This document shows positions 1-9,633 of a stretch of 64,000 bases of DNA, piece by piece. A program made the translations under genes and the position numbers. The stretch covers positions 96,001 to 160,000 of the IMG/VR virus record IMGVR_UViG_3300020375_000001, one strand, 5' to 3'. How positions within the stretch are numbered: position 1 is the first letter of the stretch; every line of letters starts with the position of its first letter. Origin of the DNA: a virus. Lineage: Duplodnaviria > Caudoviricetes. The notes beneath the pieces were generated by a model, which did not search any database, was not told the origin of the DNA, and was given only the letters and a program-made list of their open reading frames with translations.

Positions 1-1
1 G

Positions 2-319
2 TCGGACTTGTTCTTACGTTGCCGTGTAGGGTCAGACGAAAACATGTCTCGTCTTCCTGCCGCCTATTGGTTGGACTTCTCCAAACTTGTCATCTTGGCT
101 ACCAAGGCCCACATCTTCAGAGAACTTGCCATCCGGATGGATGAAGGTCAGCTGTCGGGCGGTCTTAATCTTGGTCGCTTTAAAGAGACGGTTGATGAGT
201 ATGCTGATGCTCACCAAATGTACAATGAGTTCATCCATGATAGTTGGCCACGTATAGCGGCCTTGACTGATGAGGAACGACATAGTCGGGTAATCCAACA
301 TCAATTTGGAAGACCATAA
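2..319 (+). CDS. C-terminal part of a probable phiKZ-like virion structural protein (5' end outside window)
   Basis: Frame is open from base 2 and is followed by a hairpin+TATGCC terminator. Resemblance to jumbo-phage structural proteins is from recall only. Confidence 0.45.
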   Translation, partial: SDLFLRCRVGSDENMSRLPAAYWLDFSKLVILATKAHIFRELAIRMDEGQLSGGLNLGRFKETVDEYADAHQMYNEFIHDSWPRIAALTDEERHSRVIQHQFGRP

Positions 320-517
320 CTTGTCGCAGTGATATGGGAGTTCCTAAGGGGACTCCCTGTCTACATATGCCTTAAAACTGATTAGACATACATAAGGCCC
401 TCTCCTCCTAGCGTCGGTTCGGCTAGGTTACTCGCTTTCGCTCGTAGAATCAATTCAACTCTCGTAGACAAGCTACTCGACTTTTTATATTCAAATCGTT
501 AGAGACTTGAGTAAAAA

Positions 518-805
518 TTATTTACTGAATTGATGCCAGAAGATTTTGAGCTTACCTATGAAGCACGCCTCGCGATAACGACTCAGAACGTACTCGTAAT
601 GTTTACCCATCTGTGCCATTTCCAGCCCCAGTTGTTTCTTAGACAACTCGAGCATTCGTGGTTCTTTGAACTTGACTGCACAGCGGAGCTTGTACTCTAG
701 CAGTAGCACCTGCTCGCCCAGTCGGTTCTCAGTTAGACGGTTAAACCTTTTGAATAAACTTCTGAGAGCAGAGGAGAGTTCCCTGTCGGATAATGCATTC
801 GACAT
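518..805 (-). CDS. hypothetical helical protein
   Basis: 95 aa ORF with GAGGG SD-like sequence upstream. Confidence 0.55.
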   Translation of the reverse strand: MSNALSDRELSSALRSLFKRFNRLTENRLGEQVLLLEYKLRCAVKFKEPRMLELSKKQLGLEMAQMGKHYEYVLSRYREACFIGKLKIFWHQFSK

Positions 806-912
806 GATAGTGAACCCTCGACTTTGTTATTCATAACAAAAGTTTAATTTTACATATACAGGTTATTTTAAGATAACGTGTGTAGGTTTTTTACACCTTA
901 CTGAAAAAGAAA

Positions 913-1278
913 TTGGAGATTGCAATGAGTAATGCACAGCCTGTGGCTAACCAACCAATGACCCAAGAACAAATGGAACAAGCCTTACGCGAAATGCAGG
1001 CAACTGTACAGCAGCAAGCAGAAACCATCAATAAATTACAAGGCTCTATCCGTAACCTTGGTGGTAACCTGAAGTTCCTACGTGACTTGGTAAATGAATG
1101 TGTTCACTTAACTGAGCAAACGTCTGGTATTGTTGTTGAGCACGTAAGCACACTGGACAAACGTTTAGATAGCGTAGGTACCATCTTCACTGACAAAATC
1201 AAACGTCAGCTTAAAGAGCTTGATGAAAGCGTATTGGTGGATGCAGTAATTACGCAGGTAGATAAAGACGAGGAGTAA
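913..1278 (+). CDS. coiled-coil protein, first gene of the glycosyltransferase operon
   Basis: Q/E/L-rich heptad pattern; 4 nt gap to the next gene. Confidence 0.7.
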   Translation: MEIAMSNAQPVANQPMTQEQMEQALREMQATVQQQAETINKLQGSIRNLGGNLKFLRDLVNECVHLTEQTSGIVVEHVSTLDKRLDSVGTIFTDKIKRQLKELDESVLVDAVITQVDKDEE

Positions 1279-1282
1279 GTCC

Positions 1283-2149
1283 ATGGGTCAGTTACTATAC
1301 GAGAAAACCGTTAAGTTCGATAGTAAGGCCGGTAAGCTTGCTCACTCTGGTTTCCTATCTCGTTCAGATGCAATCACTGAATCGAATAAGATATACAAGT
1401 ACTTGGAAAAGCGTTGTGCTGAACTGAGACGCAAATTGTCCTATGACCTTTCCTACAATGGTTTCCCCCGTGACTTGATTGTTACCGAAGCCTTTGGTGG
1501 GCATGGTTGTTTGGTTATTCACCCTGCCGACGATGACTTTACAATTAAATTGTTAAAAGGTTGCGGTAAAGGTGAACGCGACTTTGACTTCCTGAGCGTA
1601 AAGAAAGATAAGTACTCTCTGTTTGATGCAGAACATCCAGCGAAGAAAGTGGTTATCCTGCCGGGTACTAACTTACTGTGTCGTATGTCACCGAATGTTA
1701 TTAAAGGGATGAACAAGCCAGGGGTTTACTTTAAGCCTCACCCAATCACCACTGAGTTCTACATTCGTGAAATCGAATCGTTCGTTGGCCGTGATAAACT
1801 TATCCATAAGCTGGCCTCAGGTGCTAAGGTACTTGAAAATGCGGATGAGGTTTGGGTATCGCGTTCTACGGAACTTGGTCTGTACGCTAAGCTGGACGGT
1901 AAAAAGGTACACACGTACAAAATCAATTACCAGAACAAAGGTAGCTATTTTGGACTGTATGACCAGATTGACCGGTTAGAAGAAGTACTTTCAACTGCAC
2001 GCTCTGGCGTCATCTTCCCAACCGATGATTACGAAGCGCAAATTGACGAGTACCTCGCCTATTACGAAGAAAGTCTTGCTGGGTATAAGCCCAAGGCTAA
2101 GCCACGCGTAAACCAGAAGAACAAGCGTAAAAGAAAGAAGAGGAAGTAA
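1283..2149 (+). CDS. KpsS/KpsC-like (Capsule_synth, GT-B) CMP-sugar transferase, candidate beta-Kdo transferase
   Basis: VYFKPHP motif followed by ASGAKVLENADEVWVSRSTELGLYAKLDGKKV, matching the 'S..ll..ad.V.t..St.glea.l.gkkV' pattern of KpsC/KpsS-type C-terminal domains; no TM or signal peptide. Confidence 0.6.
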   Translation: MGQLLYEKTVKFDSKAGKLAHSGFLSRSDAITESNKIYKYLEKRCAELRRKLSYDLSYNGFPRDLIVTEAFGGHGCLVIHPADDDFTIKLLKGCGKGERDFDFLSVKKDKYSLFDAEHPAKKVVILPGTNLLCRMSPNVIKGMNKPGVYFKPHPITTEFYIREIESFVGRDKLIHKLASGAKVLENADEVWVSRSTELGLYAKLDGKKVHTYKINYQNKGSYFGLYDQIDRLEEVLSTARSGVIFPTDDYEAQIDEYLAYYEESLAGYKPKAKPRVNQKNKRKRKKRK

Positions 2150-2152
2150 GTC

Positions 2153-3142
2153 GTGATAGTATTTACTTGTGTAGATAAAGAAAGTGAAGATGCTGCTGTT
2201 ATCTGGGCTGCCTCACTACAACAACAGTTGCTAAAGGGGACAGGTGGGGTTCGTACCTTCATCTTCCATACGGCAGATGTAGACGTATCGCGGTTTACTG
2301 ACTTCAGTGCGTTCTGTGTTTCTGTGGGTAATATGGAAGGGCAGAGTAAACAAGAGATGCTGATTCGTGTCTTGGACATGATGCACAGCCGTGGTTTTGA
2401 AGACCATGTCATGTATGCACACACTGATGTATTGTGGCAAGGGGATGTAGAAGAGATTCGCAACTGTCCTCTGGATTCAAAGTTGTGGCTGGCTGCCCGT
2501 AACGAACACGTGTACTTCGATTCAAAGCGTAATCAGAAGTTCTACCCAATGTACGATGAGGACTATCAGCGTAAAAGTACCATTGCGCCCATGGGTTACT
2601 TCAACAGTGACGTAATGATGTTGCTGATATCCGGTCTGTATCGCGCTGTGAAGCGTGCTGGCTACGCATCCTTAGAAGAACTCTATCTTGCTAAGAAAAT
2701 GTCTAAGGGCTGGTCTCCGACCGATACACTAAACTCTTTGATTACTGAGTACATCAACTTGTTTGACCGCTACAATGCCTTTACCGAAGAATATTTTGAG
2801 TTGGACTTCGGCGAGATGCTTAGTCGTCGTATGGAGATTAAGTTATCTAAACTGGTTAACTTTGTAGGGGTACACAAGCCTTGGCGTGAAACTTCGGACT
2901 TTGACCTTCCTGAGTTGGCCGGTGCTATGTATCCATTCCACCACTACTTACAAGCTTGCGATATTTACCGTACGTATATCACCAAAGATTTCTACGAACG
3001 AGTAAAAGCAAACGTACACCGTTACCGAATGATTGTTGATTGGGAACGGGACGTACTGGATGCTGCGCGACCGTTAAAGGAAAAATTGGAAAAGTTCGAT
3101 GATGACCTAAAGCAAATGATGCAGGACATCAAAGCAATCTAA
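2153..3142 (+). CDS. GT8-family glycosyltransferase
   Basis: YAHTDVLWQGDVEEI (DxD region), YFNSDVMML (YFNSGV motif), DTLN, NFVGVHKPW (H.g..KPW motif). Confidence 0.8.
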   Translation: MIVFTCVDKESEDAAVIWAASLQQQLLKGTGGVRTFIFHTADVDVSRFTDFSAFCVSVGNMEGQSKQEMLIRVLDMMHSRGFEDHVMYAHTDVLWQGDVEEIRNCPLDSKLWLAARNEHVYFDSKRNQKFYPMYDEDYQRKSTIAPMGYFNSDVMMLLISGLYRAVKRAGYASLEELYLAKKMSKGWSPTDTLNSLITEYINLFDRYNAFTEEYFELDFGEMLSRRMEIKLSKLVNFVGVHKPWRETSDFDLPELAGAMYPFHHYLQACDIYRTYITKDFYERVKANVHRYRMIVDWERDVLDAARPLKEKLEKFDDDLKQMMQDIKAI

Positions 3143-3157
3143 AAAAAAAAGATTGCC

Positions 3158-3200
3158 GACGGCATAATTAGTAGGGGCCATTGCCCCTACTTTATGCTGC
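3158..3200. terminator. bidirectional hairpin terminator with TATGCCGTC/TTTATGCTG flanks
   Basis: GTAGGGGC-CATT-GCCCCTAC hairpin between convergent genes. Confidence 0.75.
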
Positions 3201-3201
3201 T

Positions 3202-4032
3202 TTAATATAAACCATGTTTCTGTAACGCTTCTTTGATGTCAAACATTAACCCATTTCTTACACCCCGCCAATAACTATCGGAGTAGGGCCAAACGTATTC
3301 TTTAGTTACTTCGGTGATTAGTTTATTCTCAACCTTAGATAACTTACCGTTTTGTTTGTTATCAATAACCATACGCGCCAATTCCAACAGCCTTGCATCG
3401 CTGATTTCTACATTGAACGGTGGCTTGTTATCAATCTGACCTTCAACAAGTTTATTTCTAAATAACTCAGCCACGCCATACACCGGTGCATTTTTACCAA
3501 CAACCGTAATTGGCCTTGCACCTTTAGGTGGGAATATAATGCAGGTCTCCGGATTACGTGGATTGGGCACGTATTGAACCGTGGCCTTAGGTGTCTTCAA
3601 TTTACAACCTTCCAATAGATTGCGAGATGACAGTGGTGGTATTTCCAGCATTTTAGTTAAGTTATAGACAGGGTCATAGTTTATCCGATAAATAGCAACA
3701 CGAGACCCTAACATAGGTATTGCAACAATGTCGCCTGTGACCAACTTTGGCATTTTACGAGTTAATGCGACATCAAACTTGGGAAGGTCTTCTTTCTTCA
3801 TAGAGAAAAGTTCTTCCAAATTAGAATCGGCCATTATCCCAAACAAGTCACCAGTTATGTTTTCTACATCAAAGCCAACAACGTGTATTTCAGTAAGTTT
3901 AGAAATGTCCTCTGCCCAACGACTAGGGTCATCGAGAATCTTATCCATTTCTAATATATCCACAGTAGTCTTACCCGACAACTTACTGCTATCATGGTTA
4001 TAGCCACCCTCTGTTAAGATTATAAGTTTCAT
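3202..4032 (-). CDS. hypothetical protein
   Basis: 276 aa ORF with AGGAGG-like SD (AGGAAGGA). Confidence 0.7.
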   Translation of the reverse strand: MKLIILTEGGYNHDSSKLSGKTTVDILEMDKILDDPSRWAEDISKLTEIHVVGFDVENITGDLFGIMADSNLEELFSMKKEDLPKFDVALTRKMPKLVTGDIVAIPMLGSRVAIYRINYDPVYNLTKMLEIPPLSSRNLLEGCKLKTPKATVQYVPNPRNPETCIIFPPKGARPITVVGKNAPVYGVAELFRNKLVEGQIDNKPPFNVEISDARLLELARMVIDNKQNGKLSKVENKLITEVTKEYVWPYSDSYWRGVRNGLMFDIKEALQKHGLY

Positions 4033-4147
4033 TTGTTCCTTCCTGTTGTAGATAAATGAGGTATTATCCTCATTAATAATGTATGTATGTAATTTTATTG
4101 ATAGGGCATAAACAGGGGTTCCCTAGGGAACCCCTACCTATGTCGTT

Positions 4148-4690
4148 TTAACGATATTGTACTTCTACTTCATACCCTATAGCAATACGAAGATGCTCGA
4201 TAATTTTAGCATCCGGTGCTCCCTTCTTTATTTCCTTAGCAACTATGTACCAAGGAAGAGAACCTTTCATGTTACCAGATGTGGTAATCTTAGACAGCAC
4301 AGTTCCTCTCTCAATTTTATCCCTAATGAGAACTATAGCGGAACGGACGTGTAGTGGACTGTGGCGCATACCACCAAACGCCATGTGGGCAATGTGACTA
4401 ATGTCAGGACCAGTTATTTTATCAAGCCAAGGTACGATGGATAGCGCTGGTTTAGTATCTTCCGTTAAAAAACGGCTGCACTCTTTTTCTAAAGCTTCCT
4501 GCCACGATGCATTATGCACATCCGTAGGGTCACTCAACTTATCCAAACGAGGTAAAATATCCTCTGCAACATGGTTAAGGATTTCGGCATTGAAATTTTC
4601 TAACTGCATGTCCCACACTAGAGTAGCCAGTGTACTTTTAATGTTGGCAATAGCAACTGCTTCTAAGATTTTATCGGCATCGATAATCAT
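4148..4690 (-). CDS. hypothetical protein
   Basis: 180 aa ORF. Confidence 0.65.
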   Translation of the reverse strand: MIIDADKILEAVAIANIKSTLATLVWDMQLENFNAEILNHVAEDILPRLDKLSDPTDVHNASWQEALEKECSRFLTEDTKPALSIVPWLDKITGPDISHIAHMAFGGMRHSPLHVRSAIVLIRDKIERGTVLSKITTSGNMKGSLPWYIVAKEIKKGAPDAKIIEHLRIAIGYEVEVQYR

Positions 4691-4720
4691 TGTTCTTCTT
4701 ACCTTTTATTTAAGTATCAT

Positions 4721-5194
4721 TTAATCCAGATAACTGGCATAACGCAAAACTTCACTGTACCCATCGATAAACCCTTTGGTACCAAACGAAGTAGGGCCTA
4801 AGTGAACCACAGTCTTCGTTAGAAACTCATCGATGATGTACTTTGTCTCATTTTTATATTTAGGCCAGAGTTTAACGACATTGTCATCACACTCGCCTTC
4901 GTAAGTAATGATTCTACCATTAACATCCCAGACATTCGGGTATCTGTCGGTGTCTAATAGAGCACATACGTTTTTGTCGGAGTCTTCGTCACCGTTAACT
5001 ACAATAATCTCAACGCGCATTTCTTTGTCGTAAAACAAACGTATCGTGATACCATAGCCAGCCGGACTGACACGGGACGGAGATTCAAAGACCACATCTT
5101 TAACACGTTCCCACTTCTGTGGCTTCAAAGGGCCGGAAGAACCAGCAGCAAAGGAAAACAAAAGTAGTACGATAGTGAGTTGGAATTTAAACAT
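4721..5194 (-). CDS. exported protein with N-terminal signal peptide
   Basis: MFKFQLTIVLLLFSFAAGS: basic n-region, hydrophobic h-region, AxG-type cleavage site. Confidence 0.65.
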   Translation of the reverse strand: MFKFQLTIVLLLFSFAAGSSGPLKPQKWERVKDVVFESPSRVSPAGYGITIRLFYDKEMRVEIIVVNGDEDSDKNVCALLDTDRYPNVWDVNGRIITYEGECDDNVVKLWPKYKNETKYIIDEFLTKTVVHLGPTSFGTKGFIDGYSEVLRYASYLD

Positions 5195-5206
5195 ACACCG
5201 AGCCTT

Positions 5207-5656
5207 TTAGTTGGGTTGATAGAAATGTACAGTGATACCATCTTGGCATAAGTGACGTTCCACCAGGGGTAGAACATCATCTATAACCAAACCGCCAGCA
5301 CCGCACCCCAGGGGTGGGACATGTAGAGTTTTAATTGGGCTACGTGGTAAACAGCGACTAAACTTGTATAGCACATTGTCCACCCACTCTACCCTACTGC
5401 CGTGACGCCACTCATATTTAGTCGGAACTAACATAAGTCCATAGTCATCACGTAACAAGTAGAAGTCCAATGTGAGTAAGTTGAAGTTACCAGACTTACA
5501 ACGTTTCCGATAACTCTGATATACCAGTGGGAACCTTTCCTTACATTCTTTAGCAAGTCCAAGTCCCATTACTCCCTCACAATTCACAGGAATAAGGACA
5601 ATCCCGGTTTTAGTTTCCCAGATGTCTTTTCCTTTCTCTATAATGAGTTTACCCAC
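5207..5656 (-). CDS. macro domain (ADP-ribose glycohydrolase, DarG/TARG1-like)
   Basis: LIPVNCEGVMGLGLAKECKERFP and LHVPPLGCGAGGL motifs. Confidence 0.9.
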   Translation of the reverse strand: MGKLIIEKGKDIWETKTGIVLIPVNCEGVMGLGLAKECKERFPLVYQSYRKRCKSGNFNLLTLDFYLLRDDYGLMLVPTKYEWRHGSRVEWVDNVLYKFSRCLPRSPIKTLHVPPLGCGAGGLVIDDVLPLVERHLCQDGITVHFYQPN

Positions 5657-5674
5657 ACTGTCTCCATAGGTTAC

Positions 5675-6511
5675 TTACTCGGACGAACAAGTAACACGTA
5701 AAGCCCTTACCTTGGAGTTGCGTAGATTACTGGTAGTGGTAAATCCCTCGTGCTGTATAATAGCTGTGGTCCCTAAATACATCTCAGGACTGTTATACAT
5801 GTCACGTAAGTCGTGGCGTTCAATGCCTCGCTTTACTTCTACCGGTTGTCTAAACTCAGGAACCTTCACTAAGATGCCCCCAACTTCACCCCACCGTTTT
5901 GAATCAAGAAAGCCCACTACTTCCAAATGGTCTTCCTCAACTTTACTGAGTCGATAAACTTTCTTACCCACTCTAACTACCGCTGAGGTATAACCCCGGC
6001 CATAGATGTTTTTAAGCTGACGTTTAAAGTCGTTAGGTCCTGCTACCTTATTCCAGCGAAGCAGTTTCATTTTCTTAGATTCACCAGGAAGCCATTCCTC
6101 TAGCTCCATGTCATCCAGAGTCTGATAAACCAAATCGTCTTTTTTAAGTGGACAAAGCACAAACCCAGCTTGTGACGTCTTACCAAGTAAGGCATTCTTA
6201 GCCGTGATGCTTGCTTTCGTTGCACCGTCACGTGCTTGACTGTGCCAAAGAAATAAGTACTTGCCATATTGTAAGCGAGGTTCTAAGTCCTTCATTAACT
6301 TCAATACCGATGGGTAGCAACAAGAGTATTGTTCACCATCAATAGTAGCGGTTACACCGCTGAAGTTTTTAACAACATGAAGTAGAACCCCAGTTGTATA
6401 CGGTCTTACTACAACACCTTTAGCCAGAGCCGAATCCGTAATGTTGCCTAGTACCGTATGTTCCCGTTTAAATGAATTGTTCTTGCGCATTTTATTGTCT
6501 CCATTTATCAC
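5675..6511 (-). CDS. degenerate ATP-dependent DNA ligase-like protein (OB fold recognisable, catalytic motifs eroded)
   Basis: C-terminus GEVGGILVK...YLGTTAIIQHEGFTTTSNLRNSKVRALR resembles the ligase OB domain and motif VI; no KxDG or EG motif IV. Confidence 0.55.
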   Translation of the reverse strand: MINGDNKMRKNNSFKREHTVLGNITDSALAKGVVVRPYTTGVLLHVVKNFSGVTATIDGEQYSCCYPSVLKLMKDLEPRLQYGKYLFLWHSQARDGATKASITAKNALLGKTSQAGFVLCPLKKDDLVYQTLDDMELEEWLPGESKKMKLLRWNKVAGPNDFKRQLKNIYGRGYTSAVVRVGKKVYRLSKVEEDHLEVVGFLDSKRWGEVGGILVKVPEFRQPVEVKRGIERHDLRDMYNSPEMYLGTTAIIQHEGFTTTSNLRNSKVRALRVTCSSE

Positions 6512-6607
6512 GCGCTTGCAGAACCTTTATATATGAACTTTAGACAACCATAAGTTGGATGCCCCTACAAAGGTAAAGCGTCCCGAGTAAAAAACGTAGG
6601 TATTATA

Positions 6608-7831
6608 ATGAAATTGACGATTTTAAAAATCTTCGATGCGGAAGCAGGACATCTTAAAATAGATAGCCGACTCATCAAGGACATCACTCGATATGTAGCA
6701 AGCTTCGTCAATAAGAATGACGATACCCTACAATTCCTTGGGTCACCCTTAGTAGGTGTTTATCCTTTCAGATATGCCAAGACGGATGAGAACGAGTGGT
6801 TCGATGATGTGCTTGAGATGGATGACCTTACCCTCCAAAGCAATATCCGTGAACACTTTGGTGATTCAGACAACAATCTTTCTGCCACATGGAAGATTTC
6901 TTCGAATGTCACCAACCTGTCTTTCGTGTGGTTGGCTCATAGGATTCGTAACTCTAACCTAAAAGACCGTGAAAAGACCGAAGGCGAAATGGCCTGTATG
7001 AAGATGTTACAGTATAAACTGATATCTTCTTTGGACTCTCATTTCTTCCGCTACCCTGCCAATTCTGAGGTTGCCTCTGCGGTATATGCCAGCCTCTCTA
7101 AGAAGTACTTGCTTAAAAAGTACGGCAGTTGGGCTAAGGTAATTGAAGCACGTTCTGAGGATTTACTAGGGGACGACTCTATTCATAAACGCGCCATTGA
7201 TAAAATGGATGACGATGAAGATATTGTCTACCTTATTAACGATACACAAGGTCGACATAAAGACATCTACAAGCGTGTGACCACATTGTTCTACGAGTTC
7301 CGTGAAAGTGACTCCCGCATTCAATCTATCTCAGCTACCATTGAGTTGTCTGGTGAGATGGGCGTTCGTGATAAACAGAACAACTACGGGAAGTATCGTG
7401 CGGCAGCGCATGATATAGCCTCTACGCCGTCCTCTCTGCTACGAGAGAAGGCATTGGGGGTCATTGCCTCAATTGTACATACAGCGCCACCACAGGCCGT
7501 TAAGGAGTCTCTGGAATGGTTAGCTTCTAACTACGGTGCACCTCGTACTGGTTACATCAAAGAGTTTGTTGAATTGAACATCACCCATGCGTGTGAATAC
7601 ATTCGTAAAAACGAACTTCCTTTAAGTGACCTTGCTACAATATTGGTTAGGCTTCGCGGTATCCATTTAGCGTCTCGCCAATCGGATAAAACCGTATTGG
7701 AGATTCGTGAGTTGGGTACTAAGATAACTGACCAGAGTGTACAGAGTAAAAACCAAGCGGTACATGCATCGGTACGTGCCGCGATTATTCTGTATTTGGT
7801 ATTGCGTACATTGGCTAAGGATAATTTATAA
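6608..7831 (+). CDS. conserved phiKZ-like helical protein, possibly virion-associated
   Basis: 407 aa ORF; family resemblance from recall only. Confidence 0.55.
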   Translation: MKLTILKIFDAEAGHLKIDSRLIKDITRYVASFVNKNDDTLQFLGSPLVGVYPFRYAKTDENEWFDDVLEMDDLTLQSNIREHFGDSDNNLSATWKISSNVTNLSFVWLAHRIRNSNLKDREKTEGEMACMKMLQYKLISSLDSHFFRYPANSEVASAVYASLSKKYLLKKYGSWAKVIEARSEDLLGDDSIHKRAIDKMDDDEDIVYLINDTQGRHKDIYKRVTTLFYEFRESDSRIQSISATIELSGEMGVRDKQNNYGKYRAAAHDIASTPSSLLREKALGVIASIVHTAPPQAVKESLEWLASNYGAPRTGYIKEFVELNITHACEYIRKNELPLSDLATILVRLRGIHLASRQSDKTVLEIRELGTKITDQSVQSKNQAVHASVRAAIILYLVLRTLAKDNL

Positions 7832-7986
7832 TGTATACAGAAAACGAGGTAATGGGTACTAAAGAAGAATCAATCTCTCCAGATTGGGACGTGTAACCAA
7901 AAAAAAATAAGGGAGGCCTCGGCCTCCCTGTTTATGTCGTTTAAATAACATCCTATGACACTAACAACCTTTTAAGGGAGAAAGAA

Positions 7987-8247
7987 ATGGATGGTTACAT
8001 CGCACCAGAACAACTTGGGTTCTGGATGAACTATGGTGGTCTTATTGTAGACCTTAGCGTAAAAGTAGTAATTGCAATGTTCGGTCTTTGCATTTCTTAC
8101 TTTGCACTTATCTTTATTCAAAGCAGAGACAAACGTCTTGTTGAAATCAGGGAGAAATGGGATGGTACAGCTCAAGCTATTTATCGCGGTCTTACTATTG
8201 TCGGTATCTGCATTCTCATGGGGTTCATCCTTTCCGCGCCAATATGA
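7987..8247 (+). CDS. two-TM membrane protein, holin-like
   Basis: GGGAG SD; two hydrophobic helices separated by a charged loop; overlaps the lytic transglycosylase gene. Confidence 0.55.
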   Translation: MDGYIAPEQLGFWMNYGGLIVDLSVKVVIAMFGLCISYFALIFIQSRDKRLVEIREKWDGTAQAIYRGLTIVGICILMGFILSAPI

Positions 8248-8731
8248 CCCATACTTCAAGGCAGCAGCAAAATACCTTCCGCCTGGAATGACGTGGCAAC
8301 AACTTAAAGCTCAGTGTTATCAGGAGTCTCGTCTGAATCCTAAGGCAGTGAGTCCGGTTGGCGCACAGGGTCTGTGTCAGTTCATGCCGGGGACGTGGAA
8401 AGAAATGATGAAGTACGGGTTGAACAATCCGTGGAATCCTGCACAGTCTATTCGGGCTGCTGCCATCTACATGTCTTACCAACATCGGTTCTGGTCTAGT
8501 GAAAGACCGTGGATTGACAGAAGTATGCTAGCCACCGCTAACTATAATGCAGGTGGTGGCAACATGCTTAAGGCACAGAGAAAATGTCCGGGGAGTATCC
8601 TGTACAATGAAGTGGTAAAGTGCTTACCTGAGATTACAGGGAGGCATAGCAGGGAGACCATCGATTACGTATGGCTCATTCACTTCAAATGGTATCCAGC
8701 TATCTTAGCCGATGATGGATATAAGCCATAA
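8162..8731 (+). CDS. lytic transglycosylase (SLT family) with signal peptide, probable endolysin
   Basis: QESRLNPKAVSPVGAQGLCQFMPGTW and ANYNAGGGN motifs. Start reassigned from 8072 to ATG 8162, which has an AGGGAG SD 8 nt upstream and gives MVQLKLFIAVLLLSVSAFS. Confidence 0.85.
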   Translation: MVQLKLFIAVLLLSVSAFSWGSSFPRQYDPYFKAAAKYLPPGMTWQQLKAQCYQESRLNPKAVSPVGAQGLCQFMPGTWKEMMKYGLNNPWNPAQSIRAAAIYMSYQHRFWSSERPWIDRSMLATANYNAGGGNMLKAQRKCPGSILYNEVVKCLPEITGRHSRETIDYVWLIHFKWYPAILADDGYKP

Positions 8732-8775
8732 CGACATAAAGCAGAGGGTCATTGCGACCCTCTTATTTTTTTGTC

Positions 8776-9006
8776 TTACCAGTTACTAAAGACCCAGAAT
8801 GGACTCATGATTATGGAAACTACTATAACGGTGAGGAGCATGTCCTTAAATATCACCCACCACTTTTCTTCATGGTGGGTATACCCGTTACAACAACCAC
8901 TGAACTCAGAAGTACATTTTCCTTGCTGGTAGTTGATGCAGGTTTTGCACCTGCTCATATCTTTGACTTGTCTGTTTACTGCTATACCACTGATGATATT
9001 ATTCAT
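8776..9006 (-). CDS. small Cys-rich protein with C-terminal TM helix
   Basis: CKTC..C...CC cluster, then a hydrophobic tail. Confidence 0.55.
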   Translation of the reverse strand: MNNIISGIAVNRQVKDMSRCKTCINYQQGKCTSEFSGCCNGYTHHEEKWWVIFKDMLLTVIVVSIIMSPFWVFSNW

Positions 9007-9349
9007 ACTGACACATATCCATTATTATTTCTGTTTCGTCTGTTAACTCAAACTTAGGAAATAACTGGAGTATACGGTAAATGAATGCACCTGCGTCCCC
9101 ATGGTCGGTTATGTATTCCAGTACTGCTGTATCAGAACTCACGTCGACCTCATCCACTCGCCAACTATTTACCATCTGTTCACGCATGGATTCAATGCTA
9201 CCTAGGCAAGACACTGGTAATTCAGTCTTTACCGGTAACATTCTCTTTTCCCCAAACAATGGTCCAAAATACTCCTTGAACCATTCTCGTATATCGCAGG
9301 GTAGCGTATCCCATCTAATCAACACTACTTTCTTACTCACTATTCCCAT
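8999..9349 (-). CDS. hypothetical protein
   Basis: 116 aa ORF, GGAG SD, 8 nt overlap with the next gene. Confidence 0.6.
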   Translation of the reverse strand: MGIVSKKVVLIRWDTLPCDIREWFKEYFGPLFGEKRMLPVKTELPVSCLGSIESMREQMVNSWRVDEVDVSSDTAVLEYITDHGDAGAFIYRILQLFPKFELTDETEIIMDMCQYE

Positions 9350-9633
9350 ACAAGCTAACTCCAGAGGGTTGGTAAACCTTATTATTCCTTTGTCCTTTAC
9401 CTATACCGCATGAGTAACGAATATCCTGTTAGTTACCGCTATTCATACGGCTCTTGTGACCTGTACAGCTATTACCAGTCGTGAGGGTTTTTACACAGCA
9501 ACGTTACCACTCTCCCCTCATGCAATTAAAGAGCTCGTTATTTTTTGGAACGACGGCATAAAGGGCGGATAGCCCGCCCCTTACGTGTAGCATAATTACA
9601 ATCTGTTAAGACGAGGTTTGCCCTAGTGTCTGG

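Noticed and set aside
8072-8161. Longer N-terminus for the transglycosylase
   Set aside because: No SD at 8072; ATG 8162 has an SD and yields a clean signal peptide.
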